64,000 bases of DNA, taken from NCBI GenBank assembly GCA_963678215.1, contig OY782758.1, positions 10,086 through 74,085 on the forward strand. Direction: 5' to 3'. A program made the translations under genes and the position numbers. The stretch comes from Sedimenticolaceae bacterium. GTDB taxonomy: Bacteria; Pseudomonadota; Gammaproteobacteria; Chromatiales; Chromatiaceae. Shown piece after piece: positions 45,071 through 54,383 of this stretch; position 1 is the first letter of the stretch; each line of letters begins with the position of its first letter. Under the pieces are notes generated by a model, which searched no databases, was not told where the DNA came from, and was given only the letters and a program-made list of their open reading frames with translations.

Positions 45071-46036
45071 TTAATAAAACTGATGCAAGTCCATGCCCCG
45101 GTATAAGTCAGCGACGGCTTCCGCATAGCCATTGAACAGCAAAGTGTCTTGTTTGCGGGCGAAAAAGCTGTCGCCCAGCATGCGGTGTTGTTTCTGGCTC
45201 CAGCGAGGGTGATCAACCTGTGGATTGACATTGGCGTAAAAACCATATTCATCTGGTGCCATTTGCTGCCAGGTGGTTCCAGGCATTTTATCCGTAAAGC
45301 GGATATGCACAATGGATTTGATGCTTTTAAAGCCGTATTTCCAGGGTACGACCAAACGTAATGGCGCGCCATTTTGGTTGGGCAATTCCGTGCCATACAC
45401 GCCGGTTGCCAACATGGTCAGCGGATGCATGGCTTCATCCATGCGCAGCCCTTCACGGTATGGCCAATCCAGTACGCTGCGTTTTTGACCTGGCATCTGT
45501 TCAGGGTCAAAAAGCGTTTCAAAAGCAACATATTTGGCTTTGGAGGTTGGTTTAAACCGCTTTAACAAGGCCATCAGGGAAAAGCCGTCCCAGGGCACAT
45601 TCATCGCCCAGGCTTCCACGCACCGGAATCGGTAGATGCGCTCCTCTTGGGGGATATGGTGCAAAATATCTTCAATACCGATTTCTCCTGGTGCCTCGCA
45701 TTCACCATCCACTTTAACCACCCAGGGACGTGTTTGCAGTGTGTGTGCATATCGAAATGGGTCGCGTTTGCCTGTGCCGAATTCATAGAAATTGTTATAA
45801 CGGGTGATGTTTTCGTAAGCTGTGAGTGTCAATCCATCGCCATGCGGCGTATCAATCCGGTTTGGTATGAGTGTGCCATCTCCTTGCGGTTTGACTAAAG
45901 CATGGGCGAGGTTCGTGCTGAGTCCTATGCCGGTTGCCATTGCCGCCTTGAGGAGTTGGCGACGTTGGGCGAATGTTTCCGGTTGGGTGATAGCTGATGG
46001 CTGAATGGGGTGGCTAGGTCGGCGGCGAATCAGCAT
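45071..46036 (-). CDS. msrP: Protein-methionine-sulfoxide reductase catalytic subunit MsrP (YedY)
   Basis: 321 aa. Tat signal RRQLLKAAMATGIGL and a molybdopterin oxidoreductase core (YNNFYEFG, RCVEAWAMNVPWDGF). Confidence 0.85.
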   Translation of the reverse strand: MLIRRRPSHPIQPSAITQPETFAQRRQLLKAAMATGIGLSTNLAHALVKPQGDGTLIPNRIDTPHGDGLTLTAYENITRYNNFYEFGTGKRDPFRYAHTLQTRPWVVKVDGECEAPGEIGIEDILHHIPQEERIYRFRCVEAWAMNVPWDGFSLMALLKRFKPTSKAKYVAFETLFDPEQMPGQKRSVLDWPYREGLRMDEAMHPLTMLATGVYGTELPNQNGAPLRLVVPWKYGFKSIKSIVHIRFTDKMPGTTWQQMAPDEYGFYANVNPQVDHPRWSQKQHRMLGDSFFARKQDTLLFNGYAEAVADLYRGMDLHQFY

Positions 46037-47379
46037 GTGGATTCCTGATCATTGGTGGCGAAGCGGGTTTTCGATTCTGACGGATTTTGTGAGTTCGGGT
46101 TCGCTAAATCTTTAAACAAAATTTGTGAATTACGCTGATAGTTGTACAAAGATTTTTTGTTGGCGGGTAATGCTTCAACGGTGCCTTTACGAAAACCGCG
46201 TTCACGGAACCAGTCAGCGGTTTGAGTGGTGAGTACAAGCAGTCTGTTTTTGTGCTGTGTTTGCGCCAGTTGGGTGATATGTTTCAGTAACATATCGCCG
46301 CGACGGCCACCGCGGTAGTGCGGGTGAACGACAAAGCAGGCAAGTTCTCCGAGCTGGGGGTTGTCGGTGTCATACAGGGCGGTGCAGGCGATGATTTGCT
46401 GGTCGCGGGTGATGATATGAAAATTACCGATCTCCAATTCCAGTTGCTCACGAGACCGCTTGATCAGCATTCCGGTATTTTCCAGTGGGCGAATCAGGTT
46501 GAGGATGCCGCTGATATCCTCAATGTCGGCTTTGCGCAAGGATTCAAATTGTTCAGCCGCGATCATCGTACCCACGCCGTCGCGGGTGTATAACTCCAGT
46601 AGCAAAGCACCGTCAATGTCAGCATCCAGCAGATGGATGCGGTCAACGCCAGTTTCCAATGCACTGATCAGCGGCGTCAATAAGGCGATTTGTGACGCAT
46701 GTGTTTTGGCCTCGTCCAAGGTGAGTTCACGCGGTAAGTTCAGCGGTTGATGGCTGAGAAACATCAACTTATCGGCTTTGAGGGATTTGGCGGCGGCGAT
46801 CGCCACTTCTTCGTAATGCAAGTTATAGGTTTCACCCGTAGGTGAGTAGCCGATGGGAGACAGTAGAACGATATTGTGTCTATCCAGTTGTTGTTGAATG
46901 TTTTGATGGTGTATCCGACGCACCCGACCGGTATATCCATAATCAATACCGGCATGGATGCCGAAGGGGCGTGCTGTAATGAAGTTGCCGGATATGACGC
47001 TCAGGCTGTCAGTGGAGATCGTGGGTTGATTCAGCGCATAGGCTAACAGGCTCTCAATGCGGATGCCGAGAAAGCCAACAGCTTCTTGAGCGGCCAGTAA
47101 TGCCTTGTGGTCCGTGATCCGGATGCCGTCGTGCAGATGAATTGGCGTATTCTTTTGCCGTAAACGCTCATCAATCTGTGGTCGGGTGCCGTGGACCAGG
47201 ACTAGCTTTACGCCCAGGCTGGAAATGATGGCGAGATCCTGGATGATTTGGTGGAAAAGGCTGGCGGTAATGATTTCGCCAGCGAAAGCCACGATGAAAG
47301 TTTTGCCACGGTGATGATGGATATAGGGTGCGGCTTCGCGCAGAAATGTGGTGTTGCGTTGCGTTGAGTCGTGTTTCAT
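46030..47379 (-). CDS. argA: Amino-acid N-acetyltransferase (N-acetylglutamate synthase)
   Basis: Start taken at MKHDSTQRNTTFLREAAPYIHHHRGKTFIVAFAGE; the track ORF begins 15 codons earlier. It has an AAK domain plus a GNAT C-terminal region (ELACFVVHPHYRGGRRGDMLL) and a ~25-aa C-terminal extension relative to E. coli ArgA. Confidence 0.85.
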   Translation of the reverse strand: MKHDSTQRNTTFLREAAPYIHHHRGKTFIVAFAGEIITASLFHQIIQDLAIISSLGVKLVLVHGTRPQIDERLRQKNTPIHLHDGIRITDHKALLAAQEAVGFLGIRIESLLAYALNQPTISTDSLSVISGNFITARPFGIHAGIDYGYTGRVRRIHHQNIQQQLDRHNIVLLSPIGYSPTGETYNLHYEEVAIAAAKSLKADKLMFLSHQPLNLPRELTLDEAKTHASQIALLTPLISALETGVDRIHLLDADIDGALLLELYTRDGVGTMIAAEQFESLRKADIEDISGILNLIRPLENTGMLIKRSREQLELEIGNFHIITRDQQIIACTALYDTDNPQLGELACFVVHPHYRGGRRGDMLLKHITQLAQTQHKNRLLVLTTQTADWFRERGFRKGTVEALPANKKSLYNYQRNSQILFKDLANPNSQNPSESKTRFATNDQESTC

Positions 47380-47685
47380 TGGAGGTTCATCAAACCACAT
47401 TGTGAGATGTGGAGATAGATTCAAGTTGTGTCGTCAAACAGTGGAGTTTGATAACTGTTGGCTTCTGCGATTGGACAAAAAATGTTCATTTCTGTCCAAT
47501 AAATTGCGCTTCTTTGCTCAATGCCTATGTATAAGTTGTTCGTCCTTGCTTTTGCGATGATCCTCACTAAGGCGCTAAATTCCAATAGGATTGCCCTGGT
47601 AGTCACGGCTTCCGGCTGATTGCATTAGCCATTATTAATATGGATAATAGCTCGGATCTATCCTGAGCATTTGAAAATTCTGGAA

Positions 47686-48846
47686 ATGGCAATGCGAATA
47701 GTTCTGGTTGCATGTATTTTTGCTGTGCTGGCGGCTCCGCTTCATGCAAGCGTGGCTTCGGCCCAAATAGCCCACACAGGGGATATCTTTACGGTTGATG
47801 TTTCCACTGAGCAGCCGGCCATTGTTGTCGGAGGTACGGTGGTTCCCTTTCGGGCAGTGACCTTGTCCGCTCAACTGCCTGGCCGGGTGAAATTGATCGC
47901 AGGCATTGCAGGCGATCATTTTGATCAAGGCACAACACTCGTTGCGTTGGATGAGGATGAATTGCTTGCCCGACGTTCGGCGGCGCAGGCTCAGTTAAAT
48001 GCGGCGGAAGCTGAGTTACGCAATGCAGGGGTGCAGTATTCCCGGGAGTTGTGGTCTCCGCAAACCAAAGTCGCGCCAGGCGGTATGGGGATGCCGAACA
48101 TGTTCGATCAAATGTTCTCCCGTCCAGCGGAGGATTTTTTTGGTGGACGGGATCGTGATGCTGAACGTAGCGCGGATTTGTATGCGTCAAGCACGCGTAT
48201 TGAGCAAGCGCGTAGCGCAATCGTGCGTACGCAGTCCGAGATCCAGGCGATTGATGCAAAATTGAGGGACGCGAAAAGCCTTGCCCCTTTTGCTGGTGTG
48301 GTGATGCAGAAGTTTGTGGAAAAGGGAGATACGGTTCAACCTGGGCAACCACTTGTTAAGTTCGCTGATTTGACGTGGTTGCAGATTGAGGTTGACGTGC
48401 CGGCGCGTTTGGCGCAGGGCTTGGAGCCGTTGATGGTGTTGCCTGCTGCTGCGATTTTTGATGATCATCCTGAACCAGCGGATGTGCGGGTTGCGCAGAT
48501 TTATCCCATGGCGGATGTGCAGCGGCATACGATTAAAGTGAAGTTTGATATTCCACGCGGGGTATCCAAGCCAGGTATGTACGCCAAAGTGCAGATTCCT
48601 GACGTGACCATGTCGGCGGATGTCCGCCGCTTGCCTGCTATCCCCAGCACTGCCATTCGCTATCGTGGCAGTCTGCCAGTCGTCTATATCAGGAATGCCC
48701 GGGGTCAACCTGAGCTGCGCATGATCCGTGAAGGGAAACGTTTGTCCAATGGCATGACGACAGTGTTGTCCGGCATTGCTGAAGGCGATCAGGTGTATGC
48801 GAATCCGGGGCCGAACATAATGAATGTGACTGTTAGCGCGCAATGA
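47686..48846 (+). CDS. Efflux RND periplasmic adaptor (HlyD/MFP family)
   Basis: Signal-like N-terminus MAMRIVLVACIFAVLAAPLHA. Lipoyl/hairpin features (LVALDEDELLARRSAAQAQLNAAEAEL), a beta-barrel region (APFAGVVMQKFVEKGDTVQPGQPLV), and a downstream RND gene. Confidence 0.8.
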   Translation: MAMRIVLVACIFAVLAAPLHASVASAQIAHTGDIFTVDVSTEQPAIVVGGTVVPFRAVTLSAQLPGRVKLIAGIAGDHFDQGTTLVALDEDELLARRSAAQAQLNAAEAELRNAGVQYSRELWSPQTKVAPGGMGMPNMFDQMFSRPAEDFFGGRDRDAERSADLYASSTRIEQARSAIVRTQSEIQAIDAKLRDAKSLAPFAGVVMQKFVEKGDTVQPGQPLVKFADLTWLQIEVDVPARLAQGLEPLMVLPAAAIFDDHPEPADVRVAQIYPMADVQRHTIKVKFDIPRGVSKPGMYAKVQIPDVTMSADVRRLPAIPSTAIRYRGSLPVVYIRNARGQPELRMIREGKRLSNGMTTVLSGIAEGDQVYANPGPNIMNVTVSAQ

Positions 48847-48873
48847 TGTGACCGAATAGGCGAAATATTCAGC

Positions 48874-51800
48874 ATGATAGACATGAATCAGTCTGACAAG
48901 AATCAACCCTCTGACGCTCAGGTCGGGCAGGAAAATTTGGGCGTTGCGGGTAATGTGGCGCGTTTTTTCATTAAATCCCCGTTGTCGCCGTTGCTCTATA
49001 TTGCAATGCTGGCTTTGGGGATTTTGGGATTGCTGATTACCCCGCGTCAGGAAGACCCGCAAATTTCCGTGCCGATGGTTGATCTGTTTGTCCAATACCC
49101 AGGGGCTGACGTACAGCAGGTCGAAGCGCTGGCGGTGCAGCCGTTGGAGCGGCTGATGTTTGAGATTGATGGCGTTGAACATGTGTATTCCGCCGTTGAA
49201 CGTGGCCAAGGCGTCGTTACCATACAATTTGAAGTCGGCGAACAGATGGAGCCGTCCTTGGTCAAGGTCAACGATAAGTTGGCTTCAAACCGTGATCGCA
49301 TACCGAATGGTGTGTTGCCGCCTTTGGTGAAGGCGAAAGGCATTGATGATGTTCCCGTGGTGACGATTACTTTATGGTCAGAGAAGGACTATAACGGTGA
49401 TGGCGTGCCGGATGTGGATGATTCGCAATTACGCCGTTTGGCGCAGTCTCTTTTGCAACATATTAAAGAGATTCCGGAAACGGGGAACAGTTTTGTATCC
49501 GGTGGACGTGCCGAGCAAGTGATTGTTGAAATTTATCCTGAACGTCTGGCTGGATTTGGCTTGAGCGTCGGACAAGTAGCGCAAACCATCCGTGCCGCAA
49601 ACGCCGAGCAACAGATGGGCGGAATCGAGTCTGGCGGTTCCCATATGGTCGTCGTATCCGGTTCTTTTTTGCAAACGGTTGAAGATATCCAGCAGTTGCA
49701 GGTCGGTGATCATAATGGCGTGCCTGTTTATGTGCATGATGTGGCGGAAGTGCGTCAAGGGCCGGAGGATGCCAAGCAGGCTGTGGCTTATTACTCGGGC
49801 GCGGCGAGCGGCGATTTGGACAAAGCGGTGGCGGTGCCTGCGGTTACGATCGCTGTGGCGAAAAAGAAAGGCACGAATGGCGTACAGGTATCTCAAGATA
49901 TCATCAAGCGGGTCAATAGCTTGAAAGGACGCTTGATCCCGGATGATGTGCAGATCAGCATCACACGGGATTATGGTAAAAGCGCGGATCAGAAAGTGAA
50001 TGATCTGATCAAGAAGTTGTTTATTGCGACTGGCTTCGTTTTTCTCTTGGTTTGGCTGGCTTTCCGCGCTTTAAAGCCGGCGGTGGTTGTGCTGCTGGTG
50101 ATCCCTGTCGTGTTGTTGTTCACGATTTTGTGTGCTTGGTTGCTGGGCTTTACGATTGACCGGGTGTCTCTGTTCGCTTTGATTTTCTCGATTGGCATTC
50201 TGGTGGATGACGCTATTGTCGTCGTCGAGAATATTTATCGGCGCTGGCTGGAAAATGGCGAGACGGGTTATGCGACGGCGATTGACGCTGTGCGTGAAGT
50301 GGGTAATCCGACCATCCTGGCAACTTTCACGGTGATTGGCGCGCTGCTGCCGATGGGTTTTGTCAGCGGCATGATGGGTCCCTACATGTTGCCGATACCG
50401 GTATTGGGTTCCGTGGCGATGGGCATTTCGTTGTTCGCCGCTTTCGTCTTCACCCCTTGGCTGGCGATTCATGGTTGGTTCCGACCAACGATGAAATACC
50501 TGGAAACGGCGGAAAAACGCGAACATCAGGAAGCCGAATGGTTGGATGGCTTGTATCGCCGTATTTTGGTGCCGATGATTCGCAGCAAGGCGAAGGCGCG
50601 GACGTTCAAGCTGATCATGTGGGGCGCACTTATCGTGATGTGCTCTTTTTTCTATTTCAAGTGGGTCGCAGTCAAAATGCTGCCGCTTGATAACAAACCT
50701 GAATTCGCCGTGGTCATTGATATGCCGGAAGGCACAGCGTTGCCGGTTACCGGCAATATCGCTCATCAGGTGGCCGATAAATTACGCCGCATGCCGGAAG
50801 TGGTGGACGTGCAGATTTATGTGGGTACGGCGCGCCCCTTCGATTTCAATGGCATGGTGAGGCACTACTATCTGCGCAACCAACCTTGGCAGGCTGAAGT
50901 TCAGGTGCAATTGGTTGATAAGGGTAAGCGTAAACGGTCGAGCCATAAAATCGCGGTTGATGCCAGAGAACAGATTGGCCATTTGGTTGGCGATACCGGG
51001 ATGAGGTTCTCCGTGGTGGAGATGCCGCCGGGGCCGCCTGTATTGCAGTCTGTGGTGGCTGAGGTGTATGGCCCGGATGCGGATACCCGCCGTACAGTGG
51101 CGAGTGATTTAACCGAGGTTTTCGCCCAAACGGATAGCTTGCGTGATGTGGATAACTATATGCGCGAGCCGCATGAATATTGGCATTTTGAAATTGACTA
51201 CCAAAAGGCACAACGTCGAGGCATTTCCGTTGAAGCGATCAACCGGGAACTCGCCATGGCGTTGGGTGGTTATGTGCTAGGTGATGTCAAGCAGCGCGCC
51301 GGTCACGAGCCGATCAATATCGTGGTGCAAATTCCGTTGGCGGAACGTTCCAATATATCGCGTCTGGGCGATATATTAGTCACCTCAAGCAGTGGCGTAG
51401 GCGTGCCATTACGTGAGTTGGGTCGTTTTGAGCGCCGTCAGGAATCTCCTGTCGTTTATCATAAGGACTTGCGCCCGGTTGAATATGTTGTGGCGGATGT
51501 CGGTGGTGATTTGGCCGCCCCGGTTTACGGTATGTTACAGGTGCAGGAGAAGTTGCTGGAGAGAGGTTGCGAGACGCCGGATGGCAATACCTTGTGTGAC
51601 AATATCTCCTGGGCAGGTCCGCCGCCGGATGATAATCAATCAGCTTTTGAATGGGCAGGTGAGTGGACCGTCACCTATGAGACATTCCGTGATATGGGAA
51701 TGGCTTTTGGTGCAGCGTTGATTTTGATTTATATTCTGGTGGTTTGGGAATTTGGCAATTTCCGTATTCCTGCCCTGATCATGGCGCCGATACCTTTGAC

Positions 51801-52809
51801 TCTTTTAGGTATTATTCCTGCCCATATGTTGTTTTTCCAGGTAGGTTGGGGCGGTGAGTTTACCGCGACTTCAATGATTGGCTGGATTGCTCTGGCAGGT
51901 ATTATCGTGCGTAACTCAATCCTGCTGGTGGATTTCTCCGTACATGAAATCCAGCACGGTTCAACAGTGGTTGAGGCTGTTTTACGCGCTTGTAAGACGC
52001 GGACGCGTCCGATTCTGATTACTGCACTGGCGTTAGTTTGCGGTTCTTCTGTCATTTTCTTTGATCCGATTTTCCAGGGCATGGCGATTTCTCTGGCTTC
52101 TGGCGTACTGGTTTCAACGATTTTGACCTTGATCGTGATCCCGTTGGGATGCGTGAGCGCCGCCAAATCGTTGTGTGAAGTGGCGGGTGTGGATTGTAGT
52201 GGTCGCTTACCTGGAGATTCTGATATACAGGGTTATGTGGCTCCTCAGCGGAGTGGCGAATCGATAGATTCTGCGCATCAACAACCTTTATGGGTGCGTG
52301 TGTGGGGCGCGGTAGCCACTGGACTGATTACACTGTTCATGTTGCTTCAGGGTATTACTGGACAATTAAAATCTTTGTTCAAGCGTCAGCAGGTGGGTTT
52401 GTCAGATTCTCGTTCCGAGAAATCTTCCCCGGCTGGGCATCAGGCGGGTTCTGATCGCCAAAAAAATGATGCGACAGAAGGGGCGTCGAAACAGGCTGAA
52501 CCGGAAAAACCCCGGGAGCCAGCGGGTGATACGTCTGCTGATATGGATAATGCTGTTTTAGCACCACCGCGAAACGCGGGAAAACAGACGGGTTCTGATC
52601 AACCAGTGTCTGATAATAAGGTTGTTGCGAAAAAACGTGGCGTTGGCAAAAAGGCGGGCGCGACTCCAAAAGTAGCGGTTCAGCAAGGCGTGACGAATAA
52701 AGTCACGGCCAAGTTGGCTCCTAAAAAAGAATCTGATAAGGATTCTGAAACGAATTTATCTACAAGAAAATCTGTCCGGATAAAACAGAACCCTTCCGAT
52801 GAGAGTTAA
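48874..52809 (+). CDS. RND efflux permease (AcrB/AcrD/AcrF superfamily) with a ~230-aa C-terminal extension
   Basis: 1311 aa. RND hallmarks FIKSPLSPLLYIAMLALGILGL, ALIFSIGILVDDAIVVVENIYR and IALAGIIVRNSILLVDF. After residue ~1085 there is an extra hydrophobic helix and a Lys/Ala/Pro/Ser-rich tail. Confidence 0.85.
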   Translation: MIDMNQSDKNQPSDAQVGQENLGVAGNVARFFIKSPLSPLLYIAMLALGILGLLITPRQEDPQISVPMVDLFVQYPGADVQQVEALAVQPLERLMFEIDGVEHVYSAVERGQGVVTIQFEVGEQMEPSLVKVNDKLASNRDRIPNGVLPPLVKAKGIDDVPVVTITLWSEKDYNGDGVPDVDDSQLRRLAQSLLQHIKEIPETGNSFVSGGRAEQVIVEIYPERLAGFGLSVGQVAQTIRAANAEQQMGGIESGGSHMVVVSGSFLQTVEDIQQLQVGDHNGVPVYVHDVAEVRQGPEDAKQAVAYYSGAASGDLDKAVAVPAVTIAVAKKKGTNGVQVSQDIIKRVNSLKGRLIPDDVQISITRDYGKSADQKVNDLIKKLFIATGFVFLLVWLAFRALKPAVVVLLVIPVVLLFTILCAWLLGFTIDRVSLFALIFSIGILVDDAIVVVENIYRRWLENGETGYATAIDAVREVGNPTILATFTVIGALLPMGFVSGMMGPYMLPIPVLGSVAMGISLFAAFVFTPWLAIHGWFRPTMKYLETAEKREHQEAEWLDGLYRRILVPMIRSKAKARTFKLIMWGALIVMCSFFYFKWVAVKMLPLDNKPEFAVVIDMPEGTALPVTGNIAHQVADKLRRMPEVVDVQIYVGTARPFDFNGMVRHYYLRNQPWQAEVQVQLVDKGKRKRSSHKIAVDAREQIGHLVGDTGMRFSVVEMPPGPPVLQSVVAEVYGPDADTRRTVASDLTEVFAQTDSLRDVDNYMREPHEYWHFEIDYQKAQRRGISVEAINRELAMALGGYVLGDVKQRAGHEPINIVVQIPLAERSNISRLGDILVTSSSGVGVPLRELGRFERRQESPVVYHKDLRPVEYVVADVGGDLAAPVYGMLQVQEKLLERGCETPDGNTLCDNISWAGPPPDDNQSAFEWAGEWTVTYETFRDMGMAFGAALILIYILVVWEFGNFRIPALIMAPIPLTLLGIIPAHMLFFQVGWGGEFTATSMIGWIALAGIIVRNSILLVDFSVHEIQHGSTVVEAVLRACKTRTRPILITALALVCGSSVIFFDPIFQGMAISLASGVLVSTILTLIVIPLGCVSAAKSLCEVAGVDCSGRLPGDSDIQGYVAPQRSGESIDSAHQQPLWVRVWGAVATGLITLFMLLQGITGQLKSLFKRQQVGLSDSRSEKSSPAGHQAGSDRQKNDATEGASKQAEPEKPREPAGDTSADMDNAVLAPPRNAGKQTGSDQPVSDNKVVAKKRGVGKKAGATPKVAVQQGVTNKVTAKLAPKKESDKDSETNLSTRKSVRIKQNPSDES

Positions 52810-53356
52810 ACCGAGCAATTGGATTGCCAGTTTAGCTTAGTTGTTTGGCCGGAGACTGGCGTTTTCCCAAAGCGTTTCATCTTCGGTCCGGGAGAGGACT
52901 CAATGGTTCTCTCTTCTTATTTGCTGTTGGGTGTTTAGCGAGTATTGTCATGAGAGCGGGCACAGGCGGTTTGTGCATGGAATTGGCTGAGAAAGCGCAA
53001 TTTACTGAGTGTAAATGAGCATTCTGAATCCAGTTTTAGGGGTGAAGTGACAAAGTGTAGCCTCTTGACGATACTATCCAGTGCTTTGTCATGATTGGAT
53101 TGACGGAGTACGCTAACCCATCACTGAGTAATTGTCGCAAGCGCAGTGGAATATTTTTGGATTAAGCTGAGGTCTGTTGGCCTGGTGTTTAGCGATCAAT
53201 CGTAAATATCCTGCTGTTCGTGGAATGATCAACTGCGCTTAAGTGTTTTTGCTGTGTAGACCTGTCTGCGTTGAGCTGGGGTTGTCTCTGTTGGCCGGAA
53301 TGGTCTATGCGGTTTCAATCAGATTGGATCTGAATAAAACATGTTTGGTGAATAGC

Positions 53357-53836
53357 ATGAGTGAGAATCAAGAGTTGCAAGTGAAAGAGTTAAGTGAAAG
53401 CCCACAAGACGGTTATTCGCGTTTGTCCGAAGTTTTTGAGGCGAGCGCGCGTCGATGGGAGTTAATCATTTATCCATCATTGGTCATGTTCATTGTGTTG
53501 GCAGCGTATGGTTTCTATTTGATTTTTAATTTACAGCGGGATGTGCATCAACTGGCGATCAGCGTCGATACCAATATGACTTCCTTGGCTGGCAATATGC
53601 AGATTGTTTCTGAAAACATGCAGCAGATGACGAATAGCGTTAGAGTGATGACGACGAATCTGGATTCGATTGATCGTCAGGTTGCTAATCTGGAGCCGAT
53701 TCGTATGAATATGAATTCAATGGATCATGCCGTACGTTCAATGAGCCGGGCGACCCACTCTATCAATCATGCCACCCAAGGCATGAATCATAGCATCCGG
53801 CCCATGTCTTTTATGAACAATTTTTTACCCTGGTAG
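53357..53836 (+). CDS. Hypothetical membrane-anchored protein with Met/Asn/His-rich repeats
   Basis: ATG at 53357 (MSENQELQ...). One TM helix (LIIYPSLVMFIVLAAYGFYLIF), then repeats such as TNMTSLAGNMQIVSENMQQMTNSVRVMTTNL and MNSMDHAVRSMSRATHSINHATQGMNHSIRPMSFM. Confidence 0.45.
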   Translation: MSENQELQVKELSESPQDGYSRLSEVFEASARRWELIIYPSLVMFIVLAAYGFYLIFNLQRDVHQLAISVDTNMTSLAGNMQIVSENMQQMTNSVRVMTTNLDSIDRQVANLEPIRMNMNSMDHAVRSMSRATHSINHATQGMNHSIRPMSFMNNFLPW

Positions 53837-53890
53837 TGGGTCGTTGGCATTATTCTGAATAATGGTTTATTCAATTAACGGAGAGTAAAA

Positions 53891-54295
53891 ATGGCTGAAC
53901 TTTTTTCTGCGGAATGGATGAATGCTTTAAGGGACGAATGGAATGCTGACCCGGAAGTGAAAGATAAACTTGCGGCGATCGGCTTCAATTCTGTGATCAC
54001 CTGTGGTTTTAAAGGTGAAGACAAGCCGCGTGGCGTTTTTGTCGTGGAGAATGGCGAATGCGTACGTGCAGGCGATTATGATGGCACTACGCCAGACTGG
54101 GATATGCGCGCTGACCGTAAGCAATGGTTAAAATGGTGTGAGAATGGCATTGGCATGACGGGTCTTGGCGCTGCGTTTGCGATGGGCAAATTAAAATTCC
54201 TGTCTGGTGATTTCGCCGCTATGATTAAAGATCCGCGCATGGCAGGCCCTTTCGTGAAAAGTTTTGGGTTGATGCAGAAACTCGATACTGAATAA
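53891..54295 (+). CDS. SCP2 sterol-carrier-like domain protein
   Basis: 134 aa. The N-terminal LFSAEWMNALRDEWNADPEV and the C-terminal MGKLKFLSGDFAAMIKDPRMAGPF are typical of SCP2-fold proteins. Confidence 0.6.
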   Translation: MAELFSAEWMNALRDEWNADPEVKDKLAAIGFNSVITCGFKGEDKPRGVFVVENGECVRAGDYDGTTPDWDMRADRKQWLKWCENGIGMTGLGAAFAMGKLKFLSGDFAAMIKDPRMAGPFVKSFGLMQKLDTE

Positions 54296-54316
54296 TTGAG
54301 TCTGTGATTGTGCATC

Positions 54317-54343
54317 AACAGGCCGGGCTTTGCCCGGCCTGTT
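54317..54343 (+). terminator. Rho-independent terminator after the SCP2 gene
   Basis: AACAGGCCGGGC TTT GCCCGGCCTGTT is a perfect GC-rich stem, followed by the T-rich CGTTATTGTT. Confidence 0.7.
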
Positions 54344-54383
54344 CGTTATTGTTCTGGAGTTTGTTTTGTCGCATCAAAACACC

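Noticed and set aside
48187-49227. 346-aa minus-strand ORF. The same applies to 49429..49896, 50071..50766, 50846..51211 and 51729..52166 on the minus strand.
   Set aside because: All are antisense to the well-supported MFP and RND genes. They have Arg/His-rich, low-complexity translations and no recognisable motifs.
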